Below, piece after piece: positions 18,336 through 28,053 of a DNA stretch of 64,000 nt. Numbering within the stretch: position 1 is the first letter of the stretch; every line of letters starts with the position of its first letter. The stretch covers positions 4,686 through 68,685 of the forward strand of contig JAICXK010000001.1 of NCBI GenBank assembly GCA_025980435.1, read 5' to 3'. Made by a program: the position numbers and the translations under genes. Source of the stretch: Bryobacteraceae bacterium. GTDB taxonomy: Bacteria; Acidobacteriota; Terriglobia; Bryobacterales; Bryobacteraceae. A model generated the notes under the pieces. The model was not told the DNA's origin. It made no database searches and saw only the letters and a list, made by a program, of their open reading frames with translations.

Positions 18336-20777
18336 TTGCAGCGGCGCAATCTTGCATCCTTACTCGGCGACTTCGACAGGCACGGTAAGGACGTAGCCAT
18401 CGTCGCGCCGCACGGTTTGCGCCGGCGCCGGACCAGCTACGGCGAACTGGCGGAGCTGGCGCGCAGGTTTTGCGCCGAGCTGGAGCACCGGCAAATCGGC
18501 AAGGGCGAACGGGTCCTGATATGGGGTGAAAATAGCGGGGAATGGGTGGCCGCGTTTTTCGGTTGCGTGCTTCGCGGAGTTCTGCCGGTTCCGATTGATT
18601 TTGCAAGCGCGCCCGATTTCGCCGGGCGCGTGCAGCGCGAAGTCTCACCCAAGCTCATCGTTGGCGAAACCAGCAAAATGGAGTCGCTGGCATCCGCAAC
18701 TCCCACTATTTCTTTCGAACAGTTCGAGCGCGCGCTACCCTCCGACGAGGCCATTACATTTCCGGACCTGAAACCTGACGATCCGCTGCAGATTGTCTTC
18801 ACTTCCGGAACCACTGGCGAACCGAAGGGCGTGGTGCACACGCATCAAAACGTGCTCGCGAGCCTGGAGCCGATTGAGCGCGAGATGCAGAAGTATCTCA
18901 AGTACGAGCGTTTCTTTCATCCCATCCGCATTCTGCACACGCTTCCGCTGAGCCATGTGTTCGGGCAATTCATGGGCCTGTGGATTCCTCCCCTGCTGGG
19001 CGCAGAAGTGCATTATGAGCCGCGTCTGGTAGCGGCGGAACTTGCCGAACGCATTCGCACGGATCGCATTTCCCTGCTGGCAGCGGTGCCGCGCGTACTC
19101 GACCTGATGCAGCAATTTGCAGCCGGCCGTTTTCCGGAATTGGAGAAACGCATTGCGGCAGCCCAAGGCATAAAGGCATGGAAGCGCTGGTGGCGCTTCC
19201 GCGACGTGCACCGGTTCTTCGGGCTGAAGTTCTGGGCCTTTATCTGCGGAGGCGCATCGCTTTCCCCAGCGGGAGAAGAGTTTTGGAACGCACTTGGGTT
19301 CATTGTCGTGCAAGGGTATGGGATGACCGAGACCACCGCGCTGGTCAGCCTGAATCATCCGTTCCATGCGGCGCAGGGGACCATCGGCAAGGTTCTGCCC
19401 GGACGCGAAGTGCGCTTAAGCGATGAAGGCGAAGTGCTGGTGCGAGGCGACACGATTTCAAATACGACGTGGCAGCAGGGGCGGATGCAGCAGAGCGGTT
19501 CCGGGTGGCTCGCGACAGGAGATCTCGCCGACTTCGACGAACAGGGCAACTTGCGCTTTCGGGGTCGCAAGAAGGATGTGATCGTCACTTCATCCGGTCT
19601 GAACATTTATCCGGAGGATTTGGAGGCAGCCCTCAACCGGCAGGCTGGTGTCAGAACATCCGCCATCATTGAAACCAAGGCCGAGCATGGGCCGGAACCG
19701 TTTGCTGTGCTGGTGACAAACGGCAGTGGGGATGCATCCGCGGCCGTCGAAGCCGCAAATAAGGAACTTGCGGATTTTCAGCAGATTCGCCGCTGGCTCG
19801 TCTGGCCGGAAGCCGATCTGCCACGCACTTCGACGGGAAAGGTATTGAAGCGCGAGGTAGCAAGGCGAATCGCAAATGGTGAAGTTGGGACAACGGGCGC
19901 CACGGCTGAAGCGCCTTCCGAACTGAATCTGGATAGCATGGGCCGGGTCCAACTGCAGGCACAGCTCGAACAGCAGTACGGCATTTCGCTTAGCGATACA
20001 GCGATTCAACAGGTCAAGACACAGGAAGATGTTCAGAAGCTGATCCGCGAAGCGCCGGCGGCCAAGCCTGGGGAGGGGAATGGAGGCGCGCAGCACATTT
20101 ATCCGTATTGGCCGTGGAATCCGCTGCAGCAAGCGATTCGAAGCGCATTCGTGAGAGCGATCGGAATGCCGCTGGTGCGTTTTCTCGCCAAACCAAAAGT
20201 GATCAGCAGAGTCCAGGAATGGCCGGAATCACCGATACTTATTGTGTGCAATCACGTCACTTCGTATGATGTGCCGTTCATTCTATATGCGTTGCCGCCG
20301 CATATACGCCGGCGGGTAGCCGTCGCGATGTCGGGAGAGATGTTACTTGACTTTCGGCGAGGCCGCAATCAGGGCAACTGGTTTCTGAATCTCGTGGCGC
20401 CCGGCGCTTACGTTTTGATTACCGGATTGTTCAACGTATTTCCGCTCCCGCAGTACAGCGGATTCCGGCGGAGTTTTCGGCACGCGGGCGAAGCGGTAGA
20501 TAGAGGTTATAACGTACTCGTATTTCCGGAAGGCAGGCGTTCGGACGACGGGACACCGCAACCGTTCAAAACGGGGTCCGGTCTTTTATGGAAAGAACTC
20601 GGAATACCGGCCTTGCCGGTGAATCTGTCCGGGCTCGGCGAAATTAAAGCAAGAGGCGAGCGATGGTTTCGTAGCGGAAAGATTACGGTTTCGGTTCATC
20701 AGCCTCTTACGCTCGATTCGAGCAAATCGCCCGAAGAACTCACCGAGGAGCTCCGCGCGGGTGTCTTCGGTTACTGA
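18336..20777 (+). CDS. tri-domain fusion: acyl-AMP/CoA ligase - carrier-protein-like domain - 1-acylglycerol-3-phosphate (PlsC-type) acyltransferase
   Basis: Adenylation motifs: FTSGTTGEPKGVVHTH, QGYGMTET, GDLADFDEQGNLRFRGRKKDVI, PRTSTGKVLKREV. Then LNLDSMGRVQLQAQLEQQYGISL, a phosphopantetheine-site-like D-S-x motif. Then acyltransferase motifs NHVTSYD (HX4D) and VLVFPEGRRS. The start is TTG. Confidence 0.85.
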   Translation: MQRRNLASLLGDFDRHGKDVAIVAPHGLRRRRTSYGELAELARRFCAELEHRQIGKGERVLIWGENSGEWVAAFFGCVLRGVLPVPIDFASAPDFAGRVQREVSPKLIVGETSKMESLASATPTISFEQFERALPSDEAITFPDLKPDDPLQIVFTSGTTGEPKGVVHTHQNVLASLEPIEREMQKYLKYERFFHPIRILHTLPLSHVFGQFMGLWIPPLLGAEVHYEPRLVAAELAERIRTDRISLLAAVPRVLDLMQQFAAGRFPELEKRIAAAQGIKAWKRWWRFRDVHRFFGLKFWAFICGGASLSPAGEEFWNALGFIVVQGYGMTETTALVSLNHPFHAAQGTIGKVLPGREVRLSDEGEVLVRGDTISNTTWQQGRMQQSGSGWLATGDLADFDEQGNLRFRGRKKDVIVTSSGLNIYPEDLEAALNRQAGVRTSAIIETKAEHGPEPFAVLVTNGSGDASAAVEAANKELADFQQIRRWLVWPEADLPRTSTGKVLKREVARRIANGEVGTTGATAEAPSELNLDSMGRVQLQAQLEQQYGISLSDTAIQQVKTQEDVQKLIREAPAAKPGEGNGGAQHIYPYWPWNPLQQAIRSAFVRAIGMPLVRFLAKPKVISRVQEWPESPILIVCNHVTSYDVPFILYALPPHIRRRVAVAMSGEMLLDFRRGRNQGNWFLNLVAPGAYVLITGLFNVFPLPQYSGFRRSFRHAGEAVDRGYNVLVFPEGRRSDDGTPQPFKTGSGLLWKELGIPALPVNLSGLGEIKARGERWFRSGKITVSVHQPLTLDSSKSPEELTEELRAGVFGY

Positions 20778-21376
20778 GGTGTCCCGGCCCGCCGGAAAGG
20801 CCGGGCCAGTTCTCTTCCGATGGCTCGAAGGAACGGCGCGCCAAAAATCCCGATTCCCAGCAGGCCGCCGAAGAACGCCATCGCTTCATAGCTCTCGCGA
20901 CCCTGCCGCTGCCAGTAAACATCGCTCAAGTTCAGCCACAAGGCGAATTCATCCAGCGTAAGCGCGGCGGCAACGCCGTACAGCATCGAAGTGACTCGTC
21001 CCGCCCATCGCCACGATGCTTGAGAGCCGGTTCCAATCTCGAGCAGCCAGCTATAGCCGACCAGCAGCAACAGCAGAATGCCCCAGACCAGGTGGTGAAT
21101 ATGGCGACCGTGCATGGAGATGTTATGAAACGGACCTACGTCGTTATGTATCGCAATGGTAATCCCGCGAACGACAATAACGGCGGTGAAGAAACCGACC
21201 GATGCAAGGAACAGGCGCTCGCGCCGCGTCTCACCGAATTGGCGTTTATAGAGCTCACGCAGGTGCGTGCGCGCCACAATCGCCGCAAGAATAATGAGGA
21301 TGCCCGCGATGAGAAGCGGGCCAATCCAGAAGCTGAGATGAATCCATGGCATCGAAAGCATATTGTAGTGCGCCAT
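20771..21376 (-). CDS. integral membrane protein, unknown function
   Basis: 201 aa with about 5 hydrophobic helices and a His-rich loop (SMHGRHIHHLVWG). It converges on the fusion gene with a 7-nt overlap. Confidence 0.6.
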   Translation of the reverse strand: MAHYNMLSMPWIHLSFWIGPLLIAGILIILAAIVARTHLRELYKRQFGETRRERLFLASVGFFTAVIVVRGITIAIHNDVGPFHNISMHGRHIHHLVWGILLLLLVGYSWLLEIGTGSQASWRWAGRVTSMLYGVAAALTLDEFALWLNLSDVYWQRQGRESYEAMAFFGGLLGIGIFGAPFLRAIGRELARPFRRAGTPQ

Positions 21377-21486
21377 GCCTCAAATCTAATGTCTGTCCCC
21401 CCACTCTGGCGTTTCGTAACCTAGTCAAGAGTTCAGCGGCACAGGACACCCTTGAGCGCCGAGTTAACGTGCAATAGGAGGAAGGT

Positions 21487-22452
21487 ATGGAGAACAGCAT
21501 TCCGGGCATTCACCATGTGACCGCGATCGCGGGCAACCCGCAGGCCAACATCGACTTCTACGCGGGCATCCTCGGCTTGCGCCTCGTCAAGCTGACGGTG
21601 AACTTTGACGACCCGACGACCTATCACCTTTATTACGGTGACGGCCAGGGTCATCCAGGAACCATTCTGACGTTCTTCCCTTGGCCAAATGCCCGGCGCG
21701 GCCGGATCGGAACGGGGCAAGTAACGGTCACATCGTTTGCTGTGCCTGACGGGTCACTGGACTTTTGGGAAAAGTATCTCCAGCAACGCCGCGTCAACTG
21801 CAAACGGGAGAAGTCTCTGCTAGGAGAGGAGATTCTAGCGCTTACCGATCCGGACGGCCTCCAACTGGAGTTGGTGAGCACTCCGCATGCTGATCCCGAC
21901 CGCATTTGGGGGCGCGGTCCGGTCCCGCCGGAGTTTGCGATTCGTGGGTTTCATCACGTCACTCTTGCGGAAGAGGGCTACGAACGGACCGCCAGGCTGC
22001 TCACCGAAACCATGGGCTTTCGACTGATCGAGAGCAAGGACAATCGGTTCCGCTACACGGCATCGTCCGATTCGGCGTCCCAGGCCGGCGCAATCGTTGA
22101 TGTTCTTTGTACACCGGCCGGAAGGCCCGGTTTGGTGGCTGTCGGAACCGTGCATCACGTGGCGTGGCGCACGCCCACGGATGAGCAGCAGGTAGAGTGG
22201 CGCAAGGCGCTCGGCGAGTACAACGTCACGCCGATCATTGACCGCAAGTATTTTCATTCGATCTATTTCCGTGAGCCTGGCGGGGTGCTGTTCGAGATAG
22301 CGACTGATCCGCCAGGGTTCGCTATCGATGAGCCGGCGGAGAAACTGGGTTCGCACTTAGTGCTGCCGGCCTGGCTCGAACCTCATCGCGCGGAGTTGGA
22401 AGAAGTGCTGCCGAAAGTGCGCCTGCCACAAGCGAAAGGAGTCTCTGCGTGA
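21487..22452 (+). CDS. ring-cleaving dioxygenase, VOC/glyoxalase superfamily (MhqO/YkcA-like, two-module)
   Basis: 321 aa. IPGIHHVTAIAGNPQANIDFYAGILGLRLVKLTVNFDDPTTYHLYYGD, with a second VOC module at GFHHVTLAEE... Confidence 0.85.
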   Translation: MENSIPGIHHVTAIAGNPQANIDFYAGILGLRLVKLTVNFDDPTTYHLYYGDGQGHPGTILTFFPWPNARRGRIGTGQVTVTSFAVPDGSLDFWEKYLQQRRVNCKREKSLLGEEILALTDPDGLQLELVSTPHADPDRIWGRGPVPPEFAIRGFHHVTLAEEGYERTARLLTETMGFRLIESKDNRFRYTASSDSASQAGAIVDVLCTPAGRPGLVAVGTVHHVAWRTPTDEQQVEWRKALGEYNVTPIIDRKYFHSIYFREPGGVLFEIATDPPGFAIDEPAEKLGSHLVLPAWLEPHRAELEEVLPKVRLPQAKGVSA

Positions 22453-23123
22453 CGCCGCCATTCGAGCCGCAGTTCATTCATTGTTTTAGTCCTGCAACAC
22501 AGCCCAATTCAGGCATCACGCTGCTACTGTTGCATGGCACAGGCGGAAACGAAGAGGATCTCCTGCCTCTCGGCCGCGAGTTGTTACCCGGGGCCGCACT
22601 GCTCAGCCCACGGGGGCGCGTGCTGGAAAACGGCATGCCGCGTTTCTTCCGCCGCTTTGAGGAAGGAGTATTCGATGTCGACGATCTGAAATTTCGGACG
22701 CATGAGTTGAACGATTTCATCAGGGCCGCCGCACAACACTACGGTGTCACGAAGAACAAAATGGTTGCAGTAGGCTACTCGAATGGCGCTAATATCGCCG
22801 CAAGCCTTTTGTTATTGCATCCGCATGCCCTCGCCGGGGCGGTTCTGTTTCGCGCAATGGTACCGTTTGCGCCCGATTTTGAACCCAATCTCGGGCACGC
22901 CTCAGTGCTTCTCAGTGGAGGCAGCCACGACCCGATTGTTCCGCCTGAAAATACAGACCGGCTGGCAACGATGCTGACGAGCTTCGGCGCGGACATAGAA
23001 GTGCACTGGCATCGTGGCGGACACGAAGTGGGGCAGGATGATTTAGGCGCCGGAAAAAAGTGGCTGTCCCGTAGAGTTGCGCTGTGGCAGACGGGTAAAC
23101 GGACCGCATCGGACGTGCCCTGA
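22449..23123 (+). CDS. alpha/beta hydrolase, phospholipase/carboxylesterase family (MhqD-like)
   Basis: 224 aa. LLLLHGTGGNEEDL, nucleophile elbow GYSNGAN, C-terminal H in GGHEV. 4-nt overlap with the dioxygenase gene. Confidence 0.85.
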   Translation: MTPPFEPQFIHCFSPATQPNSGITLLLLHGTGGNEEDLLPLGRELLPGAALLSPRGRVLENGMPRFFRRFEEGVFDVDDLKFRTHELNDFIRAAAQHYGVTKNKMVAVGYSNGANIAASLLLLHPHALAGAVLFRAMVPFAPDFEPNLGHASVLLSGGSHDPIVPPENTDRLATMLTSFGADIEVHWHRGGHEVGQDDLGAGKKWLSRRVALWQTGKRTASDVP

Positions 23124-23229
23124 TATGAGGACGAAGGCGCAGAGGCGGAAAGGCCGGTTGCGTGCTCGTCGTCATCGACGACCAACACGAGTGAACTTCC
23201 TGAGATTGTTATACTTGCGGTTGAATCCC

Positions 23230-23303
23230 TGGGAGGTCGTCTAATGGTAAGACTGCAGACTCTGGATCTGCGTATCGGGGTTCGAGTCCCTGCCTCCCAG
23301 CCA
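23230..23303 (+). tRNA. tRNA-Gln (anticodon CUG), CCA encoded
   Basis: Cloverleaf read by hand. Acceptor TGGGAGG/CCTCCCA, anticodon stem GCAGA/TCTGC with loop CT-CTG-GA, T-arm GGGGTTCGAGTCCC, discriminator G then CCA. Confidence 0.9.
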
Positions 23304-23317
23304 AGTCGTGTGGCTCT

Positions 23318-25570
23318 ATGCCCATGCTGAGATTCTTCACTGTCCTGCTCCCGGCGATCGCGCTATGCGCCGCGTCCGATTCTCCATCCGTACCGCTTCA
23401 ACCTCTCGCGCAACAGGTCCGGCGCCTGGAAGATGCGCTCAATTATTTGGGCCAGCCGTTACCGGCTAAGACCCGCGATGCGATTAATGCCGCGATCGCG
23501 ATGCCCCGGGAAGAGATGGCGGTTGAAGAGATACAACAGGCGCTCGATCCCTTCGTCATTGCAAGGGTAGATATCAACGCCGAAAGTCGCGTCAAGGTGG
23601 AGCGCGGCCCCGCGGAAGCCTCGCTCGTCCAGGGAGGCTCGCGCTTCTTCCTGGTGAAGGTCATCAATCTCGCAAATGTGACATCGCCGCTTGTCGCTTC
23701 GAGTCCGAACAGCGGGCGGGTTTTCATTCCGTCGACCGGCGATCCAGCTCCGAAAATGGTCCTCACTCAGGCGGATGTTCGCGACCGCTGGGCGGAGATA
23801 TCCATTTATAATCGGCCTCCCATGGAGAAGTCGCTTTCAGGCCTGGCGATCGAATACCAGATTCTGGAAGTCTACAGCCGCGACGCCGGGCAGCGCTCGG
23901 CCGATATCAGCTTTAATGCCGGCCAAGGCACGCAGGATATCGGGTTCCGGAATGACATTCTGGTGCTTTTTCGCGCCGAGCCTTCGCGAAAAATCAAGCT
24001 TCATATCACGGATGAAAACGGCCAGCCGGCAATGGCCTCGCTCACAATTCGGGACCGTTGGAACCGCCTCTATCCGAATCCGTCAAAACGCCTCGCGCCC
24101 GACTTCTTTTTTCAGCCGCAGATCTACCGTGCTGACGGGGAAACGATCGATCTGCCTCCCGGCTATTACACGATCAAGACCACGGGCGGCCCCGAGTTTC
24201 GCGCGCACACAAACGAGTTCGCGGTGGATTCCAAGGGTCCCGATACGCTCAGCCTTCAGTTAGACCGCTGGATCGATCCCGCTAAATATGGCTGGTACTC
24301 CGGCGATCACCACGTGCATGCCGCCGGATGCTCGCACTATCAGAACCCCGCGGAGGGCGTACTGCCGAAAGACATGATGCGGCAACTGGAGGGCGAGAAC
24401 CTCAACGTCGGGGCAGTGCTTACGTGGGGTCCCGACTACTACTATCAGAAGCAATTCTTCTCCGGCCAAGATGACCCCCTTTCGGGACGTACCTGCAAAA
24501 TGCATTACGATCTGGAGGTTTCTGGTTTTCCATCCAGCCATGCGGGGCATCTCGTTTTACTGGGACTCAGGAACCAGGATTACCCGCATACCAAGAAGAT
24601 TGAAGACTGGCCCACTTGGGACTTGCCCATTCTCCAATGGGCCAAGGCGCAAGGCGCTGTGGCGGGTTTCGCACACTCTGGCTGGGGGCTGCAGGTTTCC
24701 GATCACGCTTTGCCGAGTTTCGAAATGCCGGGTTTTGACGGGATCGGCGCAAACGAATACATCGTCGATGTCACCGAGCCGCATGCGGTCGATTTCATTT
24801 CCGCCGGCGATACTCCGCCCGCTTGGGAGCTGAGCATCTGGTATCACACCCTGAACCTGGGTTTCCGCACCCGGCTGGCGGGTGAAACCGATTTCCCATG
24901 CATCACAGACGAGCGAGTGGGCCAGGGGCGGAGCTACGTAAAGGTAGACGGCCCGCTCAACTATCGCTCTTGGCTTCGCGGGTTAGAAGAGGGCCGGACG
25001 TACGTATCCGATGGGCGCACGCACCTGATGGACTTCAGTGTAAATGGAGTTGAAGTCGGCGCGCGGGGGAGTGAAGTTTCCCTCAAATCGAGGGGAACCG
25101 TTCGGGCGACCGTGCGGGTTGCCGCGCTGCTCGATTCCCTGCCCCATCCGGAGATTCAGAAGCGTCCTAACGATCAAGAGCCATATTGGACGATTGAGCG
25201 CGCCCGTATCGGCGATTCACGGGAGATTCCTGTCGAACTAGTGGTGAACGGGAGAGCCGTGGCCCGCAAGCCCGTTGCCGCCGATGGCGGAGTTCACGAT
25301 GTTATGTTTGATGTCCCGATTGAACAGAGTAGTTGGGTGGCAGTGCGAATTATGCCCGCCGCACATACGAACCCGATTTTTGTTCTGGTGGATGGGAAAC
25401 CGATTCGGGCATCGCGGGCAAGCGCAGAATGGTGCTTAAACGCGGTTCATCAATGCTGGACCCAAAAGGCGCCGCGCATCTCCGGCAATCAGCGCGCGGC
25501 GGCACGTGCCGCTTACGATCATGCTGAGCAGGTTTATAAGCGACTGGAGGAGGAATGCGGAGCACGGTGA
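23318..25570 (+). CDS. secreted protein with His-rich metal-hydrolase motif (CehA/McbA- or PHP-like)
   Basis: 750 aa. Signal peptide MLRFFTVLLPAIALCAAS, and the motif YSGDHHVHAAGCSHY. The remainder has no motif I can name. The gene starts 14 nt after the tRNA. Confidence 0.6.
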   Translation: MPMLRFFTVLLPAIALCAASDSPSVPLQPLAQQVRRLEDALNYLGQPLPAKTRDAINAAIAMPREEMAVEEIQQALDPFVIARVDINAESRVKVERGPAEASLVQGGSRFFLVKVINLANVTSPLVASSPNSGRVFIPSTGDPAPKMVLTQADVRDRWAEISIYNRPPMEKSLSGLAIEYQILEVYSRDAGQRSADISFNAGQGTQDIGFRNDILVLFRAEPSRKIKLHITDENGQPAMASLTIRDRWNRLYPNPSKRLAPDFFFQPQIYRADGETIDLPPGYYTIKTTGGPEFRAHTNEFAVDSKGPDTLSLQLDRWIDPAKYGWYSGDHHVHAAGCSHYQNPAEGVLPKDMMRQLEGENLNVGAVLTWGPDYYYQKQFFSGQDDPLSGRTCKMHYDLEVSGFPSSHAGHLVLLGLRNQDYPHTKKIEDWPTWDLPILQWAKAQGAVAGFAHSGWGLQVSDHALPSFEMPGFDGIGANEYIVDVTEPHAVDFISAGDTPPAWELSIWYHTLNLGFRTRLAGETDFPCITDERVGQGRSYVKVDGPLNYRSWLRGLEEGRTYVSDGRTHLMDFSVNGVEVGARGSEVSLKSRGTVRATVRVAALLDSLPHPEIQKRPNDQEPYWTIERARIGDSREIPVELVVNGRAVARKPVAADGGVHDVMFDVPIEQSSWVAVRIMPAAHTNPIFVLVDGKPIRASRASAEWCLNAVHQCWTQKAPRISGNQRAAARAAYDHAEQVYKRLEEECGAR
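25325..25416 (+). repeat. copy A of a 92-bp direct repeat (inside the 3' part of the CehA-like gene)
   Basis: 88 of 92 positions are identical to 28054..28145 in a base-by-base comparison. It encodes SSWVAVRIMPAAHTNPIFVLVDGKPIRASR. Confidence 0.9.
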
Positions 25571-25610
25571 TCCGAAGAAGTTGCTGGCTCCCAGCCGCGT
25601 CCCTTTTGCT

Positions 25611-27962
25611 TCAGCGCTCGAATACAACTCCGACCGATGGCAGAATCGGGAACATCTTATCCAACACGACCCACGCGCCGCCGTCGCCGTAGGCATCAAC
25701 ACTGTCAAAGCGATAGTTCGATCTATTCGTAAGGTTGATGACCTCACCATAGAGCGTCGTCATCCAGCGGCGGTGGGCCCACGATTTGTTGATTCTAATA
25801 TCGATGCGCTGATATGGCGGGAGTCTCCAGCGGTTGCGCTCCTCGGTGAGATACATGCCCTGGCCATCGGCCTTGAGTTTCCCGTCAACAGGTCGCAGGT
25901 ACCCCGGAAGCGGGAAGCCACTGCCGAATGTTTCCCGAATGCTGAGGTTCACAGTGGGGCGCAGCCGGTAGCTGCCATACGCGTTAATGGTGTGGCGTTG
26001 ATCGAAATCGGAAGGAAACGAATCGCGAGTGACCCCATCATGCATCCAGGTCCGCCCATACGCGTACGACACCCAGCCGCTCAGACCATTGGCGCTGAAA
26101 CGCTGGAGATAGATCTCAACGCCGCGAGCATGTCCCCGCAAGGAGTTTGTGTACATTGGGTTGGCAGCGGGATCTACCGGGACCCCTGCCACCAGCCGGC
26201 CCTCGAGCAAAGGCTGCCAAAGCAGGTCGCGATCCTCGCGGTCATAAAATTCCACCCGTAATCGAGTCCTCTCACCGAAGCGTTGTTCTGCTGCCGCAAC
26301 CGCATGGGTCGATCTCGTGGGCAGCAGATTGGGGCCACCCAGGTTCGCAGCCAGCTGCGAAATTTGAGGGTATTGCACATACTGACCCCAACCCAGTTCC
26401 AGGCGCAGGGAACGCCAGGGGCTGAACGTAGCTCCGGCATGCGGCGAAAACGCGGTTACTCTATCTACGGAGTGATGGTCCCAGCGGCCGCCAGCGCTTA
26501 GATGCACCCGGCCTTCCGCCATCGGCCAGGATTGTTCGAAGAAGCCGCCACTCAGGGTTCCGCTGCCTCGGTAAGTATCGAGCACATTGACCGGACCTGG
26601 GCCTAAGTACTCCTCCAAGAACCCGGCATCCCGGACGTTCCGAACAGAGAGTCCCGCATTCAACGGGCTTCGCGGGTTCCACATCCACGCCACGTTCGTG
26701 TTCAGGACCCACTCCCGATAGTCGCCGGAGCCCAACGTCTCTTGATCAGGATTCTGGTTATCAAAATTCTCGTGCATCCATGCGGCATGGCTCGAGACCA
26801 GCAGTTTGTCATCCGGCGTATAGCGCCATCCTAGATTTGCGATCGCGAACCGTTGATGAGCCAACATCGGCGAGTTCTCGCTAAGCTCCCTTCGTACACT
26901 CGACCGATCAAGGCCGCTGTAGCTATCGATCAATTCCAGAGTCACCGCATTCTTCCGGGAAACGTCACAACTGAATCGTCCCTGTCCGTCCTCGATCCCA
27001 AACGCCATGGATGGATCATCCAGCGTCTGTTGCAGAAGATACTGTAAGTAGCTTTTGCGAAAAGCGCCAATCCAGGAGCATCGCCGGAATCGCGGTACCG
27101 GGCCTTCGGCCATGACACCGGCGCTGGCGAAATTGGCAAAAATCCGGTACGAATAGTCGTCGCGGTCGCCATCGCGCATGTGAACGTCGAGCGCGCCGGC
27201 GGAACTATCTTGGAAGCGTTCCGGATACGTATCCTGATAGAGATTGACGCTCTCGATCAGGTTTGAGTTGAAGACGCTCGCTGAACCGGAGGTTCCAGTT
27301 CCATCAAGCGTGTGAAGCGGTTCATGAAGGAGAACACCGTCCAAATAAATGCCAATGCGGTTGAAATCCGCGCCTCGCAGCGAAAATCGCGATTCGAAGT
27401 CGTTGTTCGAGGCGACTCCTGGAATGGCCTGTACCGCTCGCAGCGGGTCATCCGCCAGAACCGAGCCCAGATTCTTGATTTGAGCGCCCTCGAGCGAAAA
27501 TTCGCCGAGACTATCGGTTGCGGCAGGCGCTGCAATCGGCCCTGACTTGACGAGCACGGTATCGGTTCGGCGTAGACTATCAGGACTAAGGATCACCTGG
27601 AAACTTTGCGCCTCGCCGTTCGTCAGATGAACATTCGCCGTCACGAGCCGGTAGCCCACCGCAGTCGCCCTTAGAACGTAATCTCCGGGCGCAACGTCCC
27701 CAAATGCGAATTCGCCAGTGGCATTGGAGACAGCCGAATACGCGTGATCACCGAGTTGCAGAGCAACGTTTGCGAGAGGCTGGCCGCCTAGAGCATCTAC
27801 GACCCTCCCTCGAATTCCGGCTCGAGGCTGACCGCCCAACCCCAGCGAGAAGGCCAGTGCCAGAAAGAGCCTCGGTCCCAGATGCGCCGTGACCGAGTTT
27901 ACGCGCCGGCTGCGATGAAAATTGATGAATTTGAAAAACGTCTGCGGTACCACACCCTGCAA
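25611..27962 (-). CDS. TonB-dependent receptor-like outer membrane protein with N-terminal CarboxypepD_reg domain
   Basis: 783 aa. Signal peptide, then the carboxypeptidase-regulatory-like fold (IRGRVVDALGGQPLANVALQL...GDYVLRATAVGY), a plug-like region (DPLRAVQAIPGVASNNDF.SRFSLRG) and a C-terminal beta-barrel ending in an aromatic residue (...VGVVFER). Confidence 0.85.
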   Translation of the reverse strand: MQGVVPQTFFKFINFHRSRRVNSVTAHLGPRLFLALAFSLGLGGQPRAGIRGRVVDALGGQPLANVALQLGDHAYSAVSNATGEFAFGDVAPGDYVLRATAVGYRLVTANVHLTNGEAQSFQVILSPDSLRRTDTVLVKSGPIAAPAATDSLGEFSLEGAQIKNLGSVLADDPLRAVQAIPGVASNNDFESRFSLRGADFNRIGIYLDGVLLHEPLHTLDGTGTSGSASVFNSNLIESVNLYQDTYPERFQDSSAGALDVHMRDGDRDDYSYRIFANFASAGVMAEGPVPRFRRCSWIGAFRKSYLQYLLQQTLDDPSMAFGIEDGQGRFSCDVSRKNAVTLELIDSYSGLDRSSVRRELSENSPMLAHQRFAIANLGWRYTPDDKLLVSSHAAWMHENFDNQNPDQETLGSGDYREWVLNTNVAWMWNPRSPLNAGLSVRNVRDAGFLEEYLGPGPVNVLDTYRGSGTLSGGFFEQSWPMAEGRVHLSAGGRWDHHSVDRVTAFSPHAGATFSPWRSLRLELGWGQYVQYPQISQLAANLGGPNLLPTRSTHAVAAAEQRFGERTRLRVEFYDREDRDLLWQPLLEGRLVAGVPVDPAANPMYTNSLRGHARGVEIYLQRFSANGLSGWVSYAYGRTWMHDGVTRDSFPSDFDQRHTINAYGSYRLRPTVNLSIRETFGSGFPLPGYLRPVDGKLKADGQGMYLTEERNRWRLPPYQRIDIRINKSWAHRRWMTTLYGEVINLTNRSNYRFDSVDAYGDGGAWVVLDKMFPILPSVGVVFER

Positions 27963-28053
27963 TAGGAGTGTGCAAGGGCATACAAATTCTCCTGACGTGG
28001 GTAACAGCGTTTACACGTCGAAATAGCTGGAATCCCCGCCCCAGATGGCGAGA

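Noticed and set aside
23161-23189. Imperfect hairpin CGTG-CTC-GTCGTC-ATC-GACGAC-CAA-CACG between the carboxylesterase gene and the tRNA
   Set aside because: It has an internal 3x3 mismatch and no following T-tract, so I did not call it a terminator.
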